DNA from: Acidimicrobiia bacterium
GTDB taxonomy: Bacteria; Actinomycetota; Acidimicrobiia; Spongiisociales; UBA5794
NCBI GenBank assembly: GCA_030066265.1
Contig: JASJCF010000011.1
Location: 883 to 64,882 of the forward strand
Length of the DNA: 64,000 bases
Direction of reading: 5' to 3'
The notes beneath the pieces were generated by a model that saw nothing but the letters and a program-made list of their open reading frames with translations, searched no databases and was not told the DNA's origin. Positions 55,624 to 64,000 of this stretch are shown in pieces. Within the stretch, counting starts at the first letter, position 1; each line of letters opens with the position of its first letter. The position numbers and the translations under genes are program-made.

Positions 55624-56675
55624 CCGCCCCGCGCTACCAGTGGCAGCCCACGACGGCGGACATCGCCGCCCGCTTCGGCTTGACGCCGGACCGGGTGGTG
55701 CGCTTCGACCACAACACCTCGCCGTACCCGACCGAATGGGTCCACCCCCTCATCGCGCCCATGAGCCGCAATCTCAACGAGTACCCCGCCGCTTCGTATG
55801 CCGACCTCCGGGTTGCAGCGGCGGGCCACTACGGCGTGCTTCCCGAGAACGTCGTCCCGGGCGCGGGAGTGGACGAGATCCTCTTGTTGATCGCCAGGGC
55901 CTACCTCGGACCTGGCAAGCGCGCAACCACGGTCGAACCCACCTACCCGCTGTACGAGATCGCAACCCTCCAAACCGGCGCCGAGTTCCGCACGGTGTCC
56001 TACACCCGGCCCGACTTCGGGTTCCCAGCCGAGGCGGCAGCCGACGCAGCGGCGACGTCTGATGTGACGTGGCTGTGTGTCCCCAACAACCCCACGGGTC
56101 ATCGCCAGCGAGACGATGACATCGCCCAGGTCGTCGGAGCCGCACGAGGCCTGGTGGTCATCGATGCGGCGTATGCCGAGTACACCGGGGACCGCTGGGC
56201 CACGTGGCTCGATCGCTTCGAGCACCTGATCGTCTGCCACACCCTCAGCAAGGGATTCGGATTGGCCGGGGCGCGCGTCGGATTCGCCCTCGCCCATCGC
56301 ACCCTCATCGATCGCCTCGACGCCGTGCGGCCCCCTGGCAGCATCTCCACACTCTCGGCGGGTATCGCCCGGGCCGCCCTTGCGGAACCCCAGCGAATGC
56401 ATCGGCACGTCGACAACACGGTGACCGAGCGTTCGCGCTTCCAGCGAGGCCTCGAGGATGCGGGCATCGACGTCGTGCCCCACACGGCGACGAACTTCCT
56501 GCTGTGCGAGTTCGGAGACGCAGCGCACCCGCTCGCAACGGCGCTGATGCAGCACGGCCTGGTCGTCCGCAGCTTCCGTCAGGACCACGCCCTCCACGGT
56601 TTCCTCCGCTTCACGGTGCGCAGCCGTGATGAGAACGCCCGGCTCATCGACACCCTCAGGAGCATCACGACATGA
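55620..56675 (+). CDS. hisC: Histidinol-phosphate aminotransferase
   Basis: PLP-lysine 'HTLSKGFGLAGARVGF' and 'NPTG'. GTGA overlap with hisD. Confidence 0.9.
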   Translation: MTAPRYQWQPTTADIAARFGLTPDRVVRFDHNTSPYPTEWVHPLIAPMSRNLNEYPAASYADLRVAAAGHYGVLPENVVPGAGVDEILLLIARAYLGPGKRATTVEPTYPLYEIATLQTGAEFRTVSYTRPDFGFPAEAAADAAATSDVTWLCVPNNPTGHRQRDDDIAQVVGAARGLVVIDAAYAEYTGDRWATWLDRFEHLIVCHTLSKGFGLAGARVGFALAHRTLIDRLDAVRPPGSISTLSAGIARAALAEPQRMHRHVDNTVTERSRFQRGLEDAGIDVVPHTATNFLLCEFGDAAHPLATALMQHGLVVRSFRQDHALHGFLRFTVRSRDENARLIDTLRSITT

Positions 56676-57256
56676 ATCGACGTACACGCGTGGAGCGATC
56701 CACGAACGAGACGACGGTGATCGTTTCCCTCGATCTCGACGGCAGCGGAGCAGCCACCATCGGCACCGGGATCGGGATGTTCGATCATCTCCTCACATCC
56801 TTCGCACACCACTCGCTGATCGACCTCGAGATCTCCACCACCGGAGACCTGGTCGTCGACGATCACCACACCGTCGAAGACACGATGCTCTGCCTCGGGC
56901 AGGCCTTCGACGACGCGCTCGGGGACCGGTCCGGCATCGTCCGCTTCGGCGATGCGAGCGTGCCGATGGACGAGGCGATTGCCCGCTGTGCAGTCGACAT
57001 CGGTGGAAGACCATATGCCGTGATCGACATCACGTTTCGGGGCGATCGGATCGGAGCGATGAGCACCCAGATGGTCGAACACGGCCTCGAGGCCTTCGCC
57101 GGGGCTGCACGCTCGACGATTCATCTGTCGGCCGCCGGAAGGAACGACCACCACGTCGCCGAGGCCGCGTTCAAGTCCCTTGCCAGGGCCATTCGCAGCG
57201 CCGTCTCCATGGACGGACGCAGGAGCGGCATCGCCTCGACGAAAGGGACGCTGTGA
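56672..57256 (+). CDS. hisB: Imidazoleglycerol-phosphate dehydratase
   Basis: '[19 protein letters not shown]', 'HHTVEDT', and 'HH...E' metal-ligand motifs of IGPD. Confidence 0.9.
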   Translation: MNRRTRVERSTNETTVIVSLDLDGSGAATIGTGIGMFDHLLTSFAHHSLIDLEISTTGDLVVDDHHTVEDTMLCLGQAFDDALGDRSGIVRFGDASVPMDEAIARCAVDIGGRPYAVIDITFRGDRIGAMSTQMVEHGLEAFAGAARSTIHLSAAGRNDHHVAEAAFKSLARAIRSAVSMDGRRSGIASTKGTL

Positions 57257-57867
57257 CCTCGATCGCGGTCATCGACCATGGTGCCGGCAATCTGGTGTCG
57301 ATGGTCCAGGCCCTCCGGCGGGTCGGGGCAGAACCCCAGATCGTCGCGACATCGAGCGACCTCGACGACTTCGACGGGGTGATCCTGCCCGGTGTGGGAG
57401 CAACCGGGGCAGCGATGTCGACACTGTCCCATCGCGGCCTCATCGATCCCCTGCTCGCCTATGAGGGCCCGCTGCTGGGCGTCTGTGTGGGCATGCAGAT
57501 CCTGGTGGAGCACTCCGACGAGGACGACAACCCCTGCCTCGGGATCATCCCCGGCACCGTGCGTCGACTTTCGGCTCGCACGCTTCCCCACATGGGGTGG
57601 AACGAGGTCTCCGGGCGGGACGATCCCCTGCTTGCGCGCCTGCCGGACCCTGCAGCGTTCTACTTCGTGCACAGCTACGCCGTGGTGCCGGACAATCCCT
57701 CGGCGGTGGCCGGCACGACGACGGTCGAAGAGGCGGAGTTCACGTCGGTCATCCGATCGGGCCGGGTCGCCGGGGTGCAGTTCCATCCCGAGCGCTCTGG
57801 CCGGCTGGGGCTGAGCGTGCTCGCTTCGTTCGTCGACGGGTGCCGGGAGGTCGAACGTGTTGCGTAA
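57253..57867 (+). CDS. hisH: Imidazole glycerol phosphate synthase, glutamine amidotransferase subunit
   Basis: Class-I GATase triad context 'GVCVGMQIL' and 'VQFHPE'. GTGA overlap with hisB. Confidence 0.9.
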   Translation: MTSIAVIDHGAGNLVSMVQALRRVGAEPQIVATSSDLDDFDGVILPGVGATGAAMSTLSHRGLIDPLLAYEGPLLGVCVGMQILVEHSDEDDNPCLGIIPGTVRRLSARTLPHMGWNEVSGRDDPLLARLPDPAAFYFVHSYAVVPDNPSAVAGTTTVEEAEFTSVIRSGRVAGVQFHPERSGRLGLSVLASFVDGCREVERVA

Positions 57868-58618
57868 ACGCATCATTCCCTGCCTCGACGTCGACGAGGG
57901 GCGGGTGGTGAAGGGAACCCGGTTCGTGGATCTCACCGATGAAGGTGACCCCGTCGACATGGCCCAGGCGTACGCCGATGCGGGAGCCGACGAGATCTGC
58001 TTCCTCGACATCACGGCGACCTCCTCGGGCCGCGCCATCATGCTCGATACGGTGCGCAGGACCGCAGAGAACGTGTTCATCCCCCTCACCGTCGGAGGCG
58101 GTGTGCGCAGTGTCGACGACATGCGGGCAGTGCTGCGGGCCGGAGCCGACAAGGTCACGGTGAACTCGGCTGCGGTGAGGCACCCCCGGCTCATCGCCGC
58201 CTGCGCTCGTGCGTTCGGTTCCCAATGCGTGGTCGTGGCGATCGACGCACGCAGGTCCGGCGACGGGTGGACCGTTCACACCCGAGGTGGGAGAACGGAC
58301 ATCGGGATCGATGCGCTCGATTGGGCGGCGCGAGCCGTTCGCCTCGGCGCCGGCGAGCTTCTCGTGACATCGATGGATCGAGATGGAACCAACGACGGCT
58401 ACGATCTCGGGCTGCTCGAGGCGATACGGCGCCGCGTCTCGGTCCCCGTGATCGCATCTGGAGGTGCCGGCGGCCCGGCAGATCTCGCATCGGCGCTGGC
58501 GCCGGGAAGGGCGGATGCCGCACTCGCGGCGTCGATCTTCCACCGAGGCATCCACACCGTGGCATCGGTCAAGGAGGATCTCGCAGCACGCGGGATCCCG
58601 GTGCGGGGCGCGGCGTGA
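57857..58618 (+). CDS. hisF: Imidazole glycerol phosphate synthase, cyclase subunit
   Basis: '[16 protein letters not shown]' and 'EICFLDITA' are the HisF signatures. It follows hisH directly; no hisA lies between them. Confidence 0.9.
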   Translation: MLRKRIIPCLDVDEGRVVKGTRFVDLTDEGDPVDMAQAYADAGADEICFLDITATSSGRAIMLDTVRRTAENVFIPLTVGGGVRSVDDMRAVLRAGADKVTVNSAAVRHPRLIAACARAFGSQCVVVAIDARRSGDGWTVHTRGGRTDIGIDALDWAARAVRLGAGELLVTSMDRDGTNDGYDLGLLEAIRRRVSVPVIASGGAGGPADLASALAPGRADAALAASIFHRGIHTVASVKEDLAARGIPVRGAA

Positions 58619-59244
58619 TCCCCTTCGGCGACCTGGAACTCGGTGCCGACGGCCTCGTTCCGGCCGTCATCCGGCACAGCCGGACCGGCGACGTACTCAT
58701 GGTGGGCTACATGGACGAGCGGGCATATCGGGCGACGTGGGATTCGGGATTCGTCCACTTCTGGTCTCGCTCGCGCAACGAGCTCTGGAAGAAGGGTGAG
58801 ACCTCGGGGAACACCCTGGCTCTGGTCGGCATGGTTGCGGATTGCGATCGAGACACCCTCCTCGTCACCGCCACTCCCGCAGGCCCGGTCTGCCACACCG
58901 GGGAGGACACCTGTTTCGGGCCCGCTTCGACGCCATCGCTCGGAGCAGCCGTCGACGACCTCGTGGCGATCATCGCTCAACGCATGAGCGACCGGCCGGC
59001 GGACTCGTACACGGCGAAGCTGGTGGACGACCCCGAGTTCGCCGCCCGAAAGGTGCTCGAAGAGGCCGGCGAAGTCGCATTCGCCGCAAAGGACCTTCAG
59101 CACGGCGGCCCACCGGGACGTCTCGTCGAGGAGGCCGTCGACGAGCTGTATCACCTGCTCGTGCTTCTGGCGGCACACGGCATCAATGTCCAGGACGTCG
59201 CCGACGAGGTGACGGCTCGGATGGTTTCGAGAGGCGACTCCTAG
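58615..59244 (+). CDS. hisI: Bifunctional phosphoribosyl-AMP cyclohydrolase / phosphoribosyl-ATP pyrophosphatase
   Basis: HisI part '[17 protein letters not shown]...[26 protein letters not shown]'. HisE part '[12 protein letters not shown]...[14 protein letters not shown]'. GTGA overlap with hisF. Confidence 0.85.
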   Translation: MIPFGDLELGADGLVPAVIRHSRTGDVLMVGYMDERAYRATWDSGFVHFWSRSRNELWKKGETSGNTLALVGMVADCDRDTLLVTATPAGPVCHTGEDTCFGPASTPSLGAAVDDLVAIIAQRMSDRPADSYTAKLVDDPEFAARKVLEEAGEVAFAAKDLQHGGPPGRLVEEAVDELYHLLVLLAAHGINVQDVADEVTARMVSRGDS

Positions 59245-59254
59245 CCTGACCGCG

Positions 59255-59737
59255 ATGTCTCGCATCACCGCCGTTGCGGTCTTCGTGCTCGCCGTTGCAG
59301 CCTCTGCGTGCTCCGCTCCCCCGGCAGGGCCCCTTCCCGATGCGCCCACGCCCACCACGCTCGAGGAGATCGAAACCGAGCTCGCAGCGTCGACCACTCC
59401 CACGGTGGTGAACGTGTGGGCCTCGTGGTGCCTTCCGTGCCGGTCCGAGGCGCCGCTCATCGCCGATGCTGTTGCTGCACATCCGCAGGTGCGGTTCATC
59501 GGCCTCAACGTCCGAGACAGCCCCGGAGATGCACAGGCCTTCCTCGGTGAGTTCCTCGCCGACGTCGACATGGAGCACTTCGCCGATCGGGGTGGCCGCA
59601 TCCCCATCGAACTGGGCGCCACGTCGGGCGTTCCCGTCACCTTCTTCTACCGAGCGGGTGGAGATCAGGCGGCCGTCCATCTCGGCATCATCGACGAGCC
59701 CACCATGGCGAGGCTCCTCGACGAAATCGACCGCTGA
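59255..59737 (+). CDS. TlpA/ResA-like thiol-disulfide oxidoreductase lipoprotein (Cys form)
   Basis: Lipobox 'VAASAC', then thioredoxin fold with 'VWASWCLPCRSEAPL' (WCxxC). Confidence 0.7.
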   Translation: MSRITAVAVFVLAVAASACSAPPAGPLPDAPTPTTLEEIETELAASTTPTVVNVWASWCLPCRSEAPLIADAVAAHPQVRFIGLNVRDSPGDAQAFLGEFLADVDMEHFADRGGRIPIELGATSGVPVTFFYRAGGDQAAVHLGIIDEPTMARLLDEIDR

Positions 59738-60435
59738 TGGAGTTCTCCCTCCTCGGCGCCGCGGCCGTTGCGGTGTTTGCGTTCTGGGCCATGCTGCGAT
59801 GGGAGGCCAAGAGGGGGAACGCCGCAGGGTGTGCCGTCGATCTCTGGGACGCCGCACTGGTCTCGGCCGCCGGGGGGCTGCTCGTCGGTCGGCTGGTCGC
59901 GATGACCCAAGCCGGGATCAACCCGATCACCGACCCCGGACAGATCCTGCTGGTTCGCAGTGGCGTCTCCACGCCGGCCGCAGCGATTGCAACCCTGGTG
60001 ATCTTCACCTTCGTGGCGAGACGAGACCTCGTGACCGCCGCAGATGCCATCGCACCGGCTGCCCTGGCAGGCCTCGCAGGGTGGCATGCAGGCTGCATCG
60101 TGACCGGATCGTGCCTCGGCACGGAGAGCTCACTGCCGTGGGCACGAGCCCTCGAAGGCAGCGACGTCACCCGACATCCCGTCGAGCTCTACACCGCGGT
60201 CGGAATGGCGGCCGCCGCCATCCTGCTCGCCCTCTGGAAGGCGCACGGGAGGCCACCACCGGGCTCCGTGGCGGGAACGGCGCTCTTTGCGGCGGGAGCC
60301 ATGCGACTCGTCACCGAACCGATGCGCGTCTCTCTCGGCGGCGGTCCGGTGTGGCTCTACGGTGCGGCCATGATCGCAGGGGCGGCGATCACCGTCGGCA
60401 GCGTCGTGCGCCGCAGGAGATCGGTCAGGCGCTGA
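59737..60435 (+). CDS. Prolipoprotein diacylglyceryl transferase (Lgt)-like membrane protein
   Basis: Lgt-like landmarks 'DLWDAALVSAAGGLLVG', 'DAIAPAALAGLAGWHAG', and 'RHPVELYTAV' (E. coli Lgt has HPSQLYE). Divergent, so only moderate confidence. TGATG overlap with the upstream gene. Confidence 0.55.
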   Translation: MEFSLLGAAAVAVFAFWAMLRWEAKRGNAAGCAVDLWDAALVSAAGGLLVGRLVAMTQAGINPITDPGQILLVRSGVSTPAAAIATLVIFTFVARRDLVTAADAIAPAALAGLAGWHAGCIVTGSCLGTESSLPWARALEGSDVTRHPVELYTAVGMAAAAILLALWKAHGRPPPGSVAGTALFAAGAMRLVTEPMRVSLGGGPVWLYGAAMIAGAAITVGSVVRRRRSVRR

Positions 60436-61102
60436 GGTCGATCAGACGCTCGATGCGCTCTCGGAGGAACTCGTCGTTGTTCACGCCGAACCAACGATCG
60501 ACGATGACGCCTTGGGAGACGAGGATCGTCGCCGGCTGCCCGGGGACGCCGTAGAGGTCCCAGACGGAGTCATCGAGACCCCACTCGAGATTGTCCGAGA
60601 AGAGCGACTCTGCGGCCTGCGCCGTGGGATCGAGACCGCTCTTGCCGGCGACGGCGAGGAAGGTCACCTCATCCTGGTAGTTCGCTGCGACAGCGTCGAC
60701 GACGGGCAACTCCCGTCGGCATGAGCCTCACCACTCGGCCCAGAACACCATGAAGACCGGCTTCACCTCTTGTGACAGGGTGAAGGTCTCTGCACCGTCG
60801 GTGCCGAGGGCCAGTGTGAAGTCGGGCGCGGGATCGCCTTCAGGCGGTGGGGAAGTCGATTGCGGCGCTTCTGTGCTCTCGGGGGACGTCGACTCGGAGG
60901 TCGACGACCCATCGGTGGACGAGGAGGTGTCACTGTCGGCGCTTGCCGTGTCGTCGACGGCCGACGTGGTCGGCGCCGACGAAGCCGGGGAGGAGGTGTC
61001 GTCGGTGCTGGGCGACGAGCTACAGGCCGCAATCAGCAGCCCGAGGGCGACGAGAAGGATCAATGCGGATCGGCGCATACGGCAACGGTAGGCGTCCACC
61101 AC
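60425..61102 (-). CDS. TlpA-like thioredoxin lipoprotein with in-frame TGA at the first Cys of WCxxC: candidate selenocysteine protein (UGSC), alternatively a nonsense pseudogene
   Basis: The minus-strand frame encodes lipobox 'LLIAACSS' and a Ser/Thr-rich linker, then '...VKPVFMVFWAEW', then TGA (plus 60728-60730), then 'GSCRRELPVVDAVAANYQDEVTFLAVAG...LYGVPGQPATILVSQGVIVDRWFGV...'. This is one continuous thioredoxin fold in a single frame across the TGA. The track splits it into ORFs 60728..61102 and 60425..60709. Confidence 0.55.
60700..60719 (-). promoter_or_regulatory. SECIS-like hairpin 9 nt downstream of the in-frame UGA: cgacggg-AGUUG-cccgucg
   Basis: Read directly from the mRNA sense: 7-bp GC-rich stem and 5-nt loop containing GU. 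The loop starts about 16 nt after the UGA, within the geometric range described for bacterial SECIS elements. Confidence 0.35.
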
Positions 61103-61104
61103 GT

Positions 61105-62157
61105 CTACAGCGACGCATTTGCGAGCTGTTTGCTCTTCGTTAATGACCGTTCGAGGGCGGCTGCGGCCGCCCCCGATTCGATGGCTTCCTGCGCACGGGC
61201 GACGCCGTCGACGAAGCCCTCCGCCATACCGGCGAGCACGATCGCCGGTGCTGCGTTCATGGTGGCGGCATCGGCCTTCGGGCCGCCTTCGCCAGAGAGA
61301 ACAGCCTCGGTGATGGCGACGTTCTCGGCGGGACCGCCTCCCCGCAGATCGGCGACCGGAGCTCGGGCAACACCGAAGTCCTCAGGGGTGAATTCGGCCT
61401 CGGTGATCTCGCCGTCCACGAGGCGGTAGATCCGGCTCGGGCCGGAGATCGACAGCTCGTCGAGGCCCTCCTCGCCGAAGAAGACGAAGGCACGATCGAC
61501 TCCTCTGGCAGCGAGCACATCCACCATGAGCCGCGCCATCCGTCCGTCGGACACACCCACGCTCATCCTCGCTCGCGCCGGGTTGCACAGCGGACCGAGG
61601 AAGTTGAAGACGGTGCGCACGCCGAGCTCGCGTCGAACCGGAACGGCGTGGCGCATGGCAGGGTGGAAACGCGGGGCGAAGAAGAATCCGAAGCCCGTGT
61701 CCTCCACCATCTCGGCGACCTGGTCGGGCGTGAGATCGAGGTCGAATCCCAGCGCCTCCAACAGATCAGCCGAGCCGGTCTTCGACGACGCCGCCCGATT
61801 GCCGTGCTTGGCCACCTTCACGCCCGCCCCGGCCGCGATGAAGGCGGCGGTGGTCGAGATGTTGAAGGTTCCGTAGCCGTCGCCGCCCGTGCCGACGATA
61901 TCGACTGCGTCATCGATGTCCACGGTGACGGCAGCGGCCATCATGGCGTCGACCATGCCCGCCATCTCGTCGGCCGACTCACCCTTGGTCCGCAGCGACA
62001 CGATGAAGGCGGCGATCTGGGCGTCGGTGGCCTCGCCGGCCATGATCTCGGTCATCGCCGCCTCGGCTTCGGCTCGACGAAGGTCGTCACCCGCCATGAT
62101 CGTGTTCAGGGCATCGGCCCAGGAGTATCCGCTCATGGTGGCGACGATACTGCGCAT
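61105..62157 (-). CDS. trpD: Anthranilate phosphoribosyltransferase
   Basis: 'VDIVGTGGDGYGTFNISTTAAFIAAGAGVKVAKHGNRAASSKTGSADLLEALG' is the TrpD signature. The start may be ATG 62136 (MSGYSW...). Confidence 0.9.
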   Translation of the reverse strand: MRSIVATMSGYSWADALNTIMAGDDLRRAEAEAAMTEIMAGEATDAQIAAFIVSLRTKGESADEMAGMVDAMMAAAVTVDIDDAVDIVGTGGDGYGTFNISTTAAFIAAGAGVKVAKHGNRAASSKTGSADLLEALGFDLDLTPDQVAEMVEDTGFGFFFAPRFHPAMRHAVPVRRELGVRTVFNFLGPLCNPARARMSVGVSDGRMARLMVDVLAARGVDRAFVFFGEEGLDELSISGPSRIYRLVDGEITEAEFTPEDFGVARAPVADLRGGGPAENVAITEAVLSGEGGPKADAATMNAAPAIVLAGMAEGFVDGVARAQEAIESGAAAAALERSLTKSKQLANASL

Positions 62158-62212
62158 CGAACCCCTCTCGAGGTGCGCCGTCGAGTTCGCCCGCCGCCGG
62201 CGAGGAACCGTG

Positions 62213-62488
62213 TCAGCCGATGGTGGCGAGCCGCTTGCGCTGCTTCTCGGTGGTGCCGCCCCAGATGCCGAATCGCTCGTTCGTGTCGAGTGCGTGGGCG
62301 AGGCAATCTTCGCGCACTGCGCACGACTCGCAGATGGCGAGGGCGGCGCGCTCGTCTGCTTTCGACTGAGGGTAGAAGGTCATGCCCTTGCCGAGGTCAG
62401 CGCACGCCGCGTAGGTCGCCCATGGCTTCTCGTCCAGCAGGGGTGCCGCAAGGACCTCGAGCGGCAGGGTGTCGTCCATCGCTTCCAT
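62213..62488 (-). CDS. WhiB-family transcriptional regulator (Fe-S)
   Basis: Four Cys 'C-x22-C-x2-C-x5-C' in '...YAACADLGKGMTFYPQSKADERAALAICESCAVREDCLAHAL...' and a C-terminal 'GIWGGTTEKQRKRL' basic tail. The start was chosen at the internal ATG 62488. Confidence 0.85.
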   Translation of the reverse strand: MEAMDDTLPLEVLAAPLLDEKPWATYAACADLGKGMTFYPQSKADERAALAICESCAVREDCLAHALDTNERFGIWGGTTEKQRKRLATIG

Positions 62489-62690
62489 GTCGGTACTTCC
62501 TTTGGGGGTGGAGTGGAGGGTGGGGGTGTTGTGCTTGTGCACGCTTTGACGACCGCACACCCCCGCCCGGTTCCCAATTCCCCCCACGGCCGGGTGGCTC
62601 TACACTGACGGATGGGAAGAAGGACGCGCTGGGAACTGGGAGGATGCTCTGCTCTACTTCGCCTACACGGCACGGATAGCGCCCGACCAG

Positions 62691-63095
62691 ATGGCCGCCG
62701 TGTCACCTGACGCAAGCTTCGAGTTCATCGCCCACCTCCCGGAATGGGGCTTGGAGTTCCCGATCGACGGCAACGGGTGGGGTGGGTCTCTCCCCACAGC
62801 CGCACCTGCAACGGGGAGCACCGTGTGGGGAGCCGTGTACACGGTTCCCGACGCCGACGTGCACAAGCTCGACCTCGTGGAGAAGCAGGAAGGCCGCGAG
62901 GCGACATCCGTCGAAGCGATGGATCGCATGGGTCGTCGGCATACGGTGGTCACCCACCTGGCCCCGACCTTCGATGGGACGGACACCGATCCATCCCCTC
63001 GCTATGTGACGATCATGCTGAGCGGGTCGCGGCACTGGAGCCTCCCGGCTGGGTGGATCGCCGGGCTCGAGGAGCATCTCGGCACTGGATTCTGA
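62691..63095 (+). CDS. Gamma-glutamyl cyclotransferase (GGCT/AIG2-like) family protein; the N-terminus probably extends upstream without a canonical start codon
   Basis: 'GAVYTVPDADVHKLDLVEKQEG' is the GGCT core. The in-frame upstream sequence encodes 'LLYFAYTARIAPDQ' (compare human GGCT 'LYFAYGSNLLTERI'), but there is no ATG/GTG/TTG between the in-frame stop at 62547 and ATG 62691. Confidence 0.6.
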   Translation: MAAVSPDASFEFIAHLPEWGLEFPIDGNGWGGSLPTAAPATGSTVWGAVYTVPDADVHKLDLVEKQEGREATSVEAMDRMGRRHTVVTHLAPTFDGTDTDPSPRYVTIMLSGSRHWSLPAGWIAGLEEHLGTGF

Positions 63096-63098
63096 GCG

Positions 63099-63446
63099 GT
63101 GCTTCGTGAGCTGAACTGGTCCGGCATCCTCTTCGGCTCAGGCGCCGGGCTGATCGTCGGCATCGCCCTGTATGCGATCGTCGGTGCGGTGAACGGGGGC
63201 ACCTTCCTCCAAGTGCTGATCCAGTTCACGGCGTTCTTCGTCGCCGGCTACGTCGCAGGGAGGTTCTCCCTCGTGGGTGCCGTTGCGGCGGGTGGCTTCG
63301 CCGGGCTCTTCCTCTACTTCGGCTTGGCGTTGGTGTCGGTGATCGCAGGAGTCGACATCCAAGCCGTTGCCATCCTGTTCTTCGGCGCTCTGGCGCTGGC
63401 CTTCGGCTCCGCAGGTGCCGTGCTCGCCCAGGCCCGGCGCCGCTGA
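63099..63446 (+). CDS. Small membrane protein (3-4 TM), hypothetical
   Basis: Gly/Ala/Val-rich helices. 4 nt after the upstream stop. Confidence 0.45.
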   Translation: MLRELNWSGILFGSGAGLIVGIALYAIVGAVNGGTFLQVLIQFTAFFVAGYVAGRFSLVGAVAAGGFAGLFLYFGLALVSVIAGVDIQAVAILFFGALALAFGSAGAVLAQARRR

Positions 63447-63558
63447 CGATCGACGCAGCCAGCGCCAATGACCTCTTGTTGGCCCGCGGGTCCGGGGGTA
63501 CGTTGGGAGTGAGGCTCCACGTTCGGTGGCAATCCGCCTCGGGGAGCGAGGTGATTCA

Positions 63559-64000
63559 ATGCGCTTGGAGATGACGCGCACGTTCCCGGTCCCTCGCCAG
63601 CGCGGTTGGGACTATGTCGAGGACTTCCACACCTGGCCGGAGTGGATGGACGCCGATCTCGTCGACCCGGATGAGTCCGCACGCGCCAAGCCCGGCGATA
63701 CGGTGCGGTTGCGAACCACCCTGCTGGGCGTGCCGATGCACGGTTCACTCATCCTCGAGGAGATGGTCTCTCCTGAGATGTCGCGGACGCTGTATCGATG
63801 GCCCGGCTGGCCGGACATCCATGTCGAGCAGCGCTACTCACATGCGGGTCCCAGTGCGTTCACGATGGAGCTGATCGCATCCTCGGACGAGGACGAAGGG
63901 TGGTTGGGCACCGCCATTGCGTGGTTGATGGTCAACACCCCGCTCATGATGCGCCAGCAGATCCATGAGCAGTTCGATCGGCTCGACGAGGCCTTCCGAA
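63559..64000 (+). CDS. SRPBCC-superfamily protein (3' end outside window)
   Basis: ATG 63559 follows 'GGGAGCGAGGTGA'. The frame is open to the window end: 'MRLEMTRTFPVPRQRGWDYVEDFHTWPEWMD...' is the Polyketide_cyc2-like N-terminal pattern. It is not in the ORF track because no stop is reached. Confidence 0.6.
   Translation, partial: MRLEMTRTFPVPRQRGWDYVEDFHTWPEWMDADLVDPDESARAKPGDTVRLRTTLLGVPMHGSLILEEMVSPEMSRTLYRWPGWPDIHVEQRYSHAGPSAFTMELIASSDEDEGWLGTAIAWLMVNTPLMMRQQIHEQFDRLDEAFR

Noticed and set aside
62213-62587. Upstream 33 codons of the track ORF in front of WhiB (MGGIGNRAGVCGRQ...)
   Set aside because: WhiB proteins start close to the first Cys. The internal ATG at 62488 (MEAMDD...) gives the canonical length. 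The GTG-initiated extension has no support.
1-64000. tRNA, rRNA and other RNA genes
   Set aside because: I scanned intergenic regions by eye for T-loop/anticodon-arm patterns (GGTTCGAATCC-like) and for rRNA-like conservation and found none. This is not an exhaustive covariance search.

Overview
High-GC actinobacterial chromosomal window (Acidimicrobiia- or other non-mycobacterial actinomycete-like), densely packed with about 75 protein-coding genes and no rRNA genes. I scanned by eye for tRNA T-loops and saw none. Core housekeeping operons are clear: a FAS-II operon fabD-fabH-fabG-acpP-fabF on the minus strand; ilvB-ilvN-ilvC-leuA-leuB preceded by a leader-peptide attenuator (MTTNVVILLA plus terminator hairpin); gnd, a dapA-family gene and pntAA-pntAB-pntB; an almost complete his operon hisG-D-C-B-H-F-IE preceded by a TrpR/YerC-like gene; trpD; queG; kynureninase; a metB-like gene. 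Accessory content includes a MoxR-DUF58-transglutaminase triad, an HNH endonuclease next to a catalytically dead resolvase-like gene and a 16-bp tandem repeat, an orphan GAF histidine kinase, a Cdc48-like (Cpa-type) AAA ATPase, an Rv2191-like exonuclease/GIY-YIG fusion, and an archaeal-type S-adenosylmethionine synthetase. The most unusual observation is a TlpA-like lipoprotein thioredoxin gene (60425..61102, minus strand) with an in-frame TGA exactly at the first Cys of its WCxxC motif, followed 9 nt later by a GC-rich hairpin with a GU-containing loop. This is a candidate bacterial selenoprotein (UxxC) with a SECIS-like element, or alternatively a nonsense pseudogene. Other oddities: a decaying ~10.5-bp tandem array in which every unit ends in GATC (22091..22202); hisA displaced from the his operon and divergent from a regulator gene across a 10-bp perfect inverted repeat; a GGCT-like gene whose conserved N-terminal YFAY motif lies upstream of any canonical start codon. 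Many long ORFs in the supplied track are antisense high-GC artefacts and were rejected.
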